Positions 7,015 through 12,717 of a DNA stretch of 12,717 nucleotides are shown piece by piece (the stretch's first letter is position 1; every line of letters begins with the position of its first letter). Source of the DNA: a virus (taxonomy: Duplodnaviria; Heunggongvirae; Uroviricota; Caudoviricetes). The DNA is taken from IMG/VR virus record IMGVR_UViG_2778261593_000004, positions 1-12,717 of that record. One strand, 5' to 3'. The translations under genes and the position numbers were made by a program. Below the pieces are notes generated by a model, which was not told where the DNA came from, searched no databases, and saw nothing but the letters and a program-made list of their open reading frames with translations.

Positions 7015-7217
7015 TGCTTGAATCCCTCCCGAAGCTGTTCTGCACAGTGCAGCAGCGCATCAGTCACTTCTTTCACCGTAACGAGATCGCCATCGTCCAG
7101 TCCTGCAATTTTTGCGTGCCTGACAAACGCCGCGCAAAGGTCGTTAAACGCCCCAGCCCGCACATCCGCCAAGAAAGCGTTAGCAGCAGCCAATTCCTGG
7201 TAGTCAATCTTGCTCAC
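7011..7217 (-). CDS. Small nin-region protein, 68 aa
   Basis: GTG at 7217 with AGGAGG 6 nt upstream (preferred over the track's ATG at 7247, which has no SD and a larger overlap); 4-nt overlap with the downstream ORF. Confidence 0.45.
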   Translation of the reverse strand: MSKIDYQELAAANAFLADVRAGAFNDLCAAFVRHAKIAGLDDGDLVTVKEVTDALLHCAEQLREGFKQ

Positions 7218-7947
7218 TGGTTGCCTCCTGGCAAAGCTGGGCGACAATATCGCGATATTTATTCAGCTCCCGCAGCGCGGCACAGACTCGCTCCCATTTC
7301 CGGATATCACTTTTCGCCCGACGCAGTTCGCGGTTTGCCTGTCGCAGCGATGGCAGAACCAGATTATCCACTCGCTTCTCAAGCGGCTGCACAATGTCCG
7401 CCACAGTTTCTGTTTTAATATCTTCCTGTGTTGCAGCTTCCTGTACTGGTAACGCAACACATGCAGGCTGAGGAAAGGCTTTACCATCAGTTTCCGCTAC
7501 CGATGCCGCTTTCGGCTCTGCTGGTAAATTACCGCCCGGCATGCAGTAACGAAATTTACCGTTCTGATTAACACGAATCAGACGACCTTTGCTGATTGCC
7601 ATTGCCAGCGTTGAAGCCACTTTGCGGGATGTTGTACCGAACAGCGTAGCCAGTTCATCCGCCGTTTGTGGTCCGCGTTGTTCAATCGTCGCGGTTAAAT
7701 CGCACTCTGAGATTTTCGCTACTGTCGCCGTGGTGGTTTCTTCCGGCTGTTCTTCTGGCGCTGGCTGTTCCTGCTGAACGTTGTTATCAGCCACACGCCA
7801 GGTGTATACGCTTTTATCAACGAAGCCAGCCTTTTTCAGTTCCCACAGCTCGTTCAGTACTTCTTCACGACTGATATCAAGTCGCGCAGCCAGCTCTACC
7901 GACGTGGCTTTTCCCATCGCTTTCAGTGCGTCAAAAACTGTCTCCAT
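7204..7947 (-). CDS. Prophage protein with N-terminal winged-helix-like domain, 247 aa
   Basis: Start placed at ATG 7947 ([43 protein letters not shown]) with GGGAGG 8 nt upstream; the track's upstream extension lacks an RBS. Confidence 0.65.
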   Translation of the reverse strand: METVFDALKAMGKATSVELAARLDISREEVLNELWELKKAGFVDKSVYTWRVADNNVQQEQPAPEEQPEETTTATVAKISECDLTATIEQRGPQTADELATLFGTTSRKVASTLAMAISKGRLIRVNQNGKFRYCMPGGNLPAEPKAASVAETDGKAFPQPACVALPVQEAATQEDIKTETVADIVQPLEKRVDNLVLPSLRQANRELRRAKSDIRKWERVCAALRELNKYRDIVAQLCQEATSEQD

Positions 7948-7981
7948 TAAAATTTCCTCCCGGTAAAAATTACTTCTCAAC

Positions 7982-8647
7982 TCAAACAAAACCAGCCGCT
8001 TTCCGGCGTTCATATTCCTGTTTCAGTAACTCAATTGGCGTTGGCCCCGACGGGCGTTTGGGTGCCGCCAGTTGTCGCCGGACTGGCGGAACGCTCAGGC
8101 CGTTACTAACATGCTTTGCCCATTTCGTCAGCTGCCGTTCTGCAAGCCGTTTTAATTCCCCTTCGGTCATCTGGCGCTCAATCCCCTTTGAACGCATCTC
8201 GAGGCAAATGTGATACAGCACAGGCTGAGACCACGGGTATTTATCGCTTCCGTCGTATCGCCAGGACTCGTTGCGCCAGCGTCGGTACTCCTCCATCACG
8301 TTATCCACCGTCAGACCAAATGGATTTGCCCCGCTCTCCGAAATCAGCGCCACAAACTCAGCCAAGTCCGGAGGCCATGTTTCACCTGCCCTGCAACGGT
8401 CCATGCACTGGCGGCAGACCAGCCGGATTTGCTGCTCAGTCATCGCGCCAATCTGTGCAATCCAGAGCTTCGAAGGTGCGGCCCCGTTCTTCTGGGTCCA
8501 GCGGTTCGAATAAACCTCCCCCATGAGTTCCCACAGCTTCCACGCCGTTTCCGTCGCTGATAAATCCATTTTCACGTTCCCACTGCTCACGTGCTGCCCG
8601 AATTTCCTGAACTGCCCGTGATGCGGTGCCACCTGGTGCGGCTGCAT
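7982..8647 (-). CDS. Replication protein P-like (DnaB helicase loader)
   Basis: C-terminal half ([15 protein letters not shown]...[21 protein letters not shown]...[14 protein letters not shown]) resembles lambda P as I recall it (YPWKS...LTDAELRRKAADEL...IPEPVKQLP). The 5' end is uncertain because of a 212-nt overlap with the O-like ORF. Confidence 0.7.
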   Translation of the reverse strand: MQPHQVAPHHGQFRKFGQHVSSGNVKMDLSATETAWKLWELMGEVYSNRWTQKNGAAPSKLWIAQIGAMTEQQIRLVCRQCMDRCRAGETWPPDLAEFVALISESGANPFGLTVDNVMEEYRRWRNESWRYDGSDKYPWSQPVLYHICLEMRSKGIERQMTEGELKRLAERQLTKWAKHVSNGLSVPPVRRQLAAPKRPSGPTPIELLKQEYERRKAAGFV

Positions 8648-9476
8648 GGCTCACCCCCTTGCTGACTGGTTTAACCTGCGCCCTGACGTGATTTACGTGA
8701 CGGGCGAATTTCTGCTCCCACTGAACCTGCGTAAATACTTTCCCCTCCGCTGCCCAGTAGTCCCGGAAGGCGGCAAGTTCAGCAGGTGTAAATTCCGGCT
8801 CCGGCAAAGCCATCCCCCACACCGCAGCCCGTCGTCGAAAATCCCGTGACGGATGCCAGCTATCGGTCATCGGAAATTTTCCGATGGGTTCGCTCAGGCC
8901 ATCCAGGAATACGGGTGGCACTGCCTGTAACGACAAAACTTCCTGCTCACTGGTCGGAGCACTCTCGCGTGCATTATGTGTGGGGTTTAGATCTTTGGGT
9001 TCCTTTGGGTTCCGTGATCCGTTTTTGGGTGTCTTTGATGGAAAATTTGGGTGTCTTTGGTTATTTTCCATGCAGCTAAGAGTTCCGTTTTTGGGGCTGT
9101 TTTGTGCTGAAACATAACCATTTTCGGTACTGTTTTTATTAACAGTACCAATTTTACCCACCTTTAAAGACTCCCGTTTTTGGGTGTATTCAGGCTCGGC
9201 AACGCTTTCTTCTACACCGATAAGTCGGTACACTACGATTTGCTTTGTTCGGCCTTTTCTCTCACCGGTATCAACAATTAACCCAATCTCCATCAGGTGT
9301 CGTAAGCTGTCCTGCACAGTCTTTTTGTTCAGCTCCGTTACTTCTGCCAGTGCAGATACAGACGGGTATGCACACAAATCGGCACCGCACATATCAGCAA
9401 GCCAGGTCAATACTGACTTACTGGATGAACTGCCGGTTTTCACCTTTTTAGCCCATCGTAGTGCATCGATACTCAT
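8436..9476 (-). CDS. Replication initiator (O-like): N-terminal wHTH domain, low-complexity linker containing origin iterons, C-terminal domain
   Basis: ATG 9476 with AGGGGT upstream (the track start at 9551 is TTG). N-terminus MSIDALRWAKKVKTG...LMEIGLIVDTGERKGRTKQIVVYRLIG is HTH-like; the origin-type iterons fall inside the K/N/P-rich linker coding region, as in lambda O. Confidence 0.7.
   Translation of the reverse strand: MSIDALRWAKKVKTGSSSSKSVLTWLADMCGADLCAYPSVSALAEVTELNKKTVQDSLRHLMEIGLIVDTGERKGRTKQIVVYRLIGVEESVAEPEYTQKRESLKVGKIGTVNKNSTENGYVSAQNSPKNGTLSCMENNQRHPNFPSKTPKNGSRNPKEPKDLNPTHNARESAPTSEQEVLSLQAVPPVFLDGLSEPIGKFPMTDSWHPSRDFRRRAAVWGMALPEPEFTPAELAAFRDYWAAEGKVFTQVQWEQKFARHVNHVRAQVKPVSKGVSHAAAPGGTASRAVQEIRAAREQWERENGFISDGNGVEAVGTHGGGLFEPLDPEERGRTFEALDCTDWRDD
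8982..9191. repeat. Candidate replication origin: iterons, AT-rich tract and 9-bp-arm palindrome, inside the O-like gene
   Basis: Iterons ccgtttttgggtgtctttg (9019-9037), gaaaatttgggtgtctttg (9041-9059), ccgtttttggggctgtttt (9085-9103), cccgtttttgggtgtattc (9173-9191), plus degenerate tttgggt copies at 8994-9010; AT-rich 9106-9165 containing ggtactgtt-tttatt-aacagtacc (9126-9149). Confidence 0.55.
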
Positions 9477-9999
9477 ACGAACCCCTGGCAGACATTTGTT
9501 TATCTGCAAAGTAATATTGGTATTGCTGACGATACGCACGCTTGAAAGCAATGGCTTTTTCTATAAGCTCGTCAGTCTCACGTTCCACAACAGCTGGATC
9601 CGCAAAAAGCAGCCCGGACTCCACCACATCGCCATATTCTTTGTTTAACCCGGCGATCATGTACGTAATGCTTTTTCCGTCAGTAATTTCACAATACAAC
9701 CTGAAATCGCTGATCCGGATAGCCTCCATAATTGCCGGAATCAGCGCCGTGAATTTTTCACGCTTATCCCTGGTGTCGATAGCTTTCCAGCGTTCGAATA
9801 TCTTCACCCTGTTAACGCCCAGCGCCCGTTGATCAACCGCGCCATCATCAAACGTGACGCGATGAACATCGATGTTCGGGCGTTCTTTCAGAGCCCAGAA
9901 TGCTTCCGTGATTAATATCGTCGCCTGCTCCTGCGTCATTCCTGGTCGGCATACCCAGGCATCCAGAGCCTCGCGAGCCTGCTCAGGAGTGAATATCAT
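9448..9999 (-). CDS. YdaT-like (CII-analogue) prophage regulator, 183 aa
   Basis: Segment ERWKAIDTRDKREKFTALIPAIMEAIRISDFRLYC resembles the YdaT core as I recall it (REKIQKLIPAILAIL...RLC); sits directly downstream of the Cro-like gene, as ydaS-ydaT in Rac. Confidence 0.6.
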   Translation of the reverse strand: MIFTPEQAREALDAWVCRPGMTQEQATILITEAFWALKERPNIDVHRVTFDDGAVDQRALGVNRVKIFERWKAIDTRDKREKFTALIPAIMEAIRISDFRLYCEITDGKSITYMIAGLNKEYGDVVESGLLFADPAVVERETDELIEKAIAFKRAYRQQYQYYFADKQMSARGSYEYRCTTMG

Positions 10000-10249
10000 T
10001 GTTCACCGCCAGTGATTCATTCGCTGTAGGCTTAATCCTGCCAATAGTCAAAACCGCATCAGCAGAAAATAATCCGTTTGATGCCAGAGCAATTTTTTCA
10101 GCGTAATTTGTTTCGCCTGTATATTCTGTGCGCGGTAATTTTCCATTATTCATCCATTTGTAGATTGCTCTTTGGCTGACACCGCAAACATCGGCTACAA
10201 CAGAAACGCGAACTGCTTTGATTACATCTGCAAGTGTTGTATGGCTCAT
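9983..10249 (-). CDS. Cro-like HTH regulator (YdaS/DicC-like), 88 aa
   Basis: Start at ATG 10249 (MSHTTLADVIKAVRVSVVADVCGVSQRAIYKWMNNGKLP) with a GAGGGTG SD; HTH-like VSQRAIYKW; divergent from the DicA-like repressor. Confidence 0.65.
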   Translation of the reverse strand: MSHTTLADVIKAVRVSVVADVCGVSQRAIYKWMNNGKLPRTEYTGETNYAEKIALASNGLFSADAVLTIGRIKPTANESLAVNNDIHS

Positions 10250-10328
10250 ATCACCCTCACAATGTGAACTTTGAGTACACAATATAACAGAACTGACAGT
10301 ACATTCAATAGTAAATATCATTGAACTT
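10250..10328. promoter_or_regulatory. Divergent promoter/operator region of the immunity switch
   Basis: 79-bp AT-rich gap between the divergent cro-like and dicA-like starts; repeated GAACT (10265, 10291, 10323) and AGTACA (10274, 10298) motifs; the dicA-like ATG has no SD, suggesting a leaderless or short-leader mRNA. Confidence 0.5.
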
Positions 10329-10748
10329 ATGGTTCATGAAGATGAAGCGCGTAAAGAGTTCGCCAGCAGGCTTGCGCTAGCCTGTGATAATGCTGGTTTT
10401 GAACAACACGGAAGGCAGGCAGAAATTGCCCGTCGAATGAAGCTAACACCCAAAGCGGTTAGTAAATGGTTTAATGGAGAGACAATTCCCCGTCGAGAGA
10501 AACTGAAAGAATTGGCAGCACTTATCGGAACAACACCAACTTACCTTCTGGGGGAGGACACTGAAGAAAGCGGAAGCCTGCGTTTCTATCAGGAGTTAAG
10601 TCCGAGGCAAAAAATCATCATTGAACTTCTTGATGAACTCCCTGACAGTGAAACTGATGAACTTTTAAAAACTCTTGAGGAGAAAAAACAGAAGTACAAC
10701 GCAATTTATGAAGAATTAGCGCGAAAGAAAAAACAAAAAGCCTCCTGA
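10329..10748 (+). CDS. dicA: DicA-like XRE-family repressor, 139 aa
   Basis: HTH region (EIARRMKLTPKAVSKWFNGETIPRREKLKELAALIG); C-terminal LSPRQKIIIELLDELPDSETDELLKTLEEKK resembles K-12 DicA (LSPKELELLELFNALPESEQDTQLAEM, from memory). Supported by a downstream DicF-like RNA and DicB-like start. Confidence 0.65.
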   Translation: MVHEDEARKEFASRLALACDNAGFEQHGRQAEIARRMKLTPKAVSKWFNGETIPRREKLKELAALIGTTPTYLLGEDTEESGSLRFYQELSPRQKIIIELLDELPDSETDELLKTLEEKKQKYNAIYEELARKKKQKAS

Positions 10749-10752
10749 ATCT

Positions 10753-10786
10753 GCATAAATCCGGTAACTTCCCTCCGGGTTTATGC
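10753..10786 (+). other. 12-bp stem hairpin after dicA-like stop, followed by a C-rich tract
   Basis: gcataaatccgg-taacttccct-ccgggtttatgc (one G-U wobble), then ctcctcccccccctcct; no U-tract, so not a canonical intrinsic terminator. Confidence 0.35.
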
Positions 10787-11050
10787 TCCTCCCCCCCCTC
10801 CTGGTACTTTATCTCTCATAAAATGTACTAAAAGTACTTTACATTAGTGAACAAAAAGTACATCATATCAACCAACCCACCCCGTCCCACAGAACGCAGG
10901 GCAATACTTCGAGTTACCAGGCAGTGGTCAGGGGTTAAGTAGCCAGCCCGAGACGTAAGAACATGACGGCAGGGTTCAACTTTAACTATGCAGCAGGTTT
11001 TTGTTCCGCTACCCCGGCGTTAAGGGGATACGGCATTGCGAGGAATCACT

Positions 11051-11257
11051 ATGCAGAAACGAGAACCCGTCATCATCGCGCCAGACTATACCGATGATGA
11101 ACTTTATGAGTGGATGCGCGGGAAGATACGCGCCATTAATGACCTGAAGCAGGCCACTGATCACAAAGAGCGCCTCTCTGAAACACTGGCGTCAGTGACG
11201 CAGGATATTACCGCTCTGGCAAAAAGCGCGGCATTAAACGTTTCGCGAGTGATTTAA
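11051..11257 (+). CDS. Small prophage protein, 68 aa (YdfA/B/C-region analogue by position)
   Basis: ATG 11051 (MQKREPVIIAPDYTDDELYEWMRG...) with GAGGAA 5 nt upstream; first gene after the dicA-like repressor on the same strand. Confidence 0.5.
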   Translation: MQKREPVIIAPDYTDDELYEWMRGKIRAINDLKQATDHKERLSETLASVTQDITALAKSAALNVSRVI

Positions 11258-11281
11258 AACCACCGACTGATGAGGTTGACT

Positions 11282-11920
11282 ATGGAATTTAAAGATTTAC
11301 CAATTTCAATACAGGAAATGGCCGCTGATGTGATTCGCTCGCAACTGGCGCGGAACCCAATGATATTAGTAGATAAACTGTTCATCAGAAATTTATCAAA
11401 TCATGTCCGCAATTCCTTTACCGGACTGTATTCATATTCGTTCACAAACAATCATTGTGTAGAAAATAAAGCAAAACTCATTGCAGAAACGACAGCGCAA
11501 AACATCAACACGAAACCAACGGAAGAAGAAATTGATCAGTTTGCTCATGATGCTGGTTTAAAAAACAAGGAAGAAAAATCGCCATATGCGGGAAACATGT
11601 TTGTTTATGACAACCTTATCCGAATTCGTGGCGAAATTCCGACTGAATACCTGGCAAAAATTCACCAGGCATTACTTAAAAATCTGGAAACGGAAGTATT
11701 TGATGGCAACACCAACGGCTCCTTCGTGGTGTCAGCTCTCGCAAAAGAGTGGGATAAAGATAATCGCTGGAATGTTGCTACATGGTTATTCAGCAACAAA
11801 GCTTCCGCCCTGGAAGCTGCGGCGTGTATTTGCGACCTGCTAAGGACAGACCGCAAATACAACCTGGATGTGTATAGCTATATTTATGCTGAACACTATC
11901 CGCTATGGATTAACTGGTAA
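11282..11920 (+). CDS. Hypothetical protein, 212 aa, unknown function (AT-rich cargo gene)
   Basis: ATG 11282 (MEFKDLPISIQEMAADVIRSQL...) with GAGG 6 nt upstream; visibly AT-rich; no recognisable motif. Confidence 0.6.
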   Translation: MEFKDLPISIQEMAADVIRSQLARNPMILVDKLFIRNLSNHVRNSFTGLYSYSFTNNHCVENKAKLIAETTAQNINTKPTEEEIDQFAHDAGLKNKEEKSPYAGNMFVYDNLIRIRGEIPTEYLAKIHQALLKNLETEVFDGNTNGSFVVSALAKEWDKDNRWNVATWLFSNKASALEAAACICDLLRTDRKYNLDVYSYIYAEHYPLWINW

Positions 11921-12130
11921 TTACAAAGCTGTACCAGCAGGGCCACGACGACCAGCACCACGATTGTAATCAATGATGCCATTATAAAGCGCATTATTTA
12001 ATTTATCGTCGAATGCCGATTCTGTGAGTCCTAGCTCTGAATGAGTTTTTAATAACCCTGATTGCCTGAGTTGATTAACCAGGCATTCAATCTGTTTTTC
12101 AATAAGCGGATGTATTGGCTTGTTTGGCAT
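11921..12130 (-). CDS. Small protein, 69 aa, unknown function
   Basis: ATG 12130 (MPNKPIHPLIEKQIECLVNQLRQSGLL...) with GGAGGA 4 nt upstream; its stop codon directly abuts the stop of the convergent 212-aa gene (TAATTA). Confidence 0.45.
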   Translation of the reverse strand: MPNKPIHPLIEKQIECLVNQLRQSGLLKTHSELGLTESAFDDKLNNALYNGIIDYNRGAGRRGPAGTAL

Positions 12131-12458
12131 TTTATCCTCCATTGAGGTTACTGGTTGAGAATGGAGACCACACGTGACAGCGTGTTGTCGTGCGCCGGAC
12201 ACGGATAAGAATCCGGCACTGACAGTTTACTGAAAGGATATATCCCTGAAAAGTCAGGGCATAACGCGAAAGCGCACGGCGAAGTTATTTCTCCCTCTGT
12301 TGCGTGCCACCGGCATCTTCGACCGTGCGCTTCCGGTTGTGGCAATCCGCGAAATGGCGCGGCGGTAAGTATGGCGAGGCTATCCTTTCCTCGAGATAAC
12401 ACCGGGTTGTCAGGTTGACCATACGCCTGAGTGACAACCCCGCTGCAACAACCCATGT

Positions 12459-12511
12459 TGATTACCTTTTGGCGACATCAGTTTCATTGCTGGCTGATGT
12501 CCGCCCTTTTT
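12459..12511 (+). ncRNA. dicF: DicF-like small RNA with intrinsic terminator (boundaries approximate)
   Basis: ttttggcgacatcagtttcattgctggctgatgtccgccctttttaaag: an 11-bp stem with one bulge (12471-12505) followed by 5 T; pattern resembles K-12 DicF as I recall it (uuuggcgguaucaguuuu...cugccgcccuuuuu); lies between dicA and a dicB-like start, as in Qin. Confidence 0.45.
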
Positions 12512-12672
12512 AAAGTGAATTTTGTGATGCGGTGAATGCGGCTCAGCGCACGCGGAACAGTTAAAACAAGCAACCTTATGGGTGAAATACTCCGGCGTTA
12601 ATTGTTAACTGGTTAACGTCACCTGGAGGCACCAGGCACCGCATCACAAAATTCATTGTTGAGGACGCGATA

Positions 12673-12717
12673 ATGGAAAAGTTATCATACAATGCCAGTA
12701 CGTCTGAACTTCGTTTC
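12673..12717 (+). CDS. dicB: Partial CDS (first 15 codons), DicB-like cell-division inhibitor
   Basis: ATG 12673 with GAGGA 7 nt upstream; MEKLSYNASTSELRF compares with K-12 DicB MKTLLPNVNTSEGCF (memory); continues beyond the window end. Confidence 0.45.
   Translation, partial: MEKLSYNASTSELRF

Noticed and set aside
7002-8560. Multiple plus-strand ORFs (7002-7418, 7589-7777, 7926-8213, 8116-8526, 8210-8560 and others)
   Set aside because: All lie antisense within GC-rich minus-strand genes (nin ORFs, P-like, O-like); Arg/Ser/Pro-rich composition and no RBS indicate chance open frames.
8982-9191. Possible CRISPR array
   Set aside because: Repeats are about 19 bp, irregularly spaced, degenerate and inside a coding region next to an AT-rich tract; this fits origin iterons, not CRISPR.
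12148-12456. 102-aa minus-strand ORF
   Set aside because: No RBS; Cys/Pro/Gly-rich translation; overlaps a region of dense plus-strand secondary structure leading into the DicF-like RNA, so more likely non-coding.
12516-12717. Retron (msr-msd flanked by a1/a2 inverted repeats) or miniature transposable element
   Set aside because: Only about 100 bp between the repeats; the downstream ORF looks DicB-like rather than a reverse transcriptase; no target-site duplication visible. Retained as a regulatory-structure finding instead.
1-12717. tRNA, rRNA, integrase, transposase or IS elements
   Set aside because: No cloverleaf-like sequences, rRNA-like stretches, recombinase motifs or terminal inverted repeats bounding a transposase-sized ORF were seen; prophage ends (att sites, int) appear to lie outside this window.

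Overview
This window looks like the early-right, replication, nin and Q segment of a lambdoid (Qin/Rac-like) enterobacterial prophage, with several AT-rich cargo insertions. All calls rest on reading the sequence and ORF track by eye plus remembered family features; no searches or computations were run. Reading the minus strand from high to low coordinates gives the classic order: Cro-like regulator, YdaT/CII-like protein, O-like initiator with origin iterons inside its coding region, P-like helicase loader, small nin-region ORFs, RusA, Q-like antiterminator and an intrinsic terminator. A divergent DicA-like repressor on the plus strand is followed by a DicF-like sRNA and the start of a DicB-like gene. 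Between the nin ORFs and the rem/ydfU-like genes sit three cargo modules: (i) a convergent pair encoding a Beta-protein-family protein and a PD-(D/E)xK nuclease-fold protein, (ii) a hok/sok-type toxin locus, and (iii) a 273-aa protein of unknown function with a small overlapping upstream ORF. The convergent pair and the 273-aa orphan are the best candidates for an undescribed defence or addiction system. A second AT-rich insertion (212-aa ORF plus an abutting convergent 69-aa ORF) interrupts the dicA-to-dicB operon. Start codons were chosen by ribosome-binding-site inspection and sometimes differ from the longest-ORF track.
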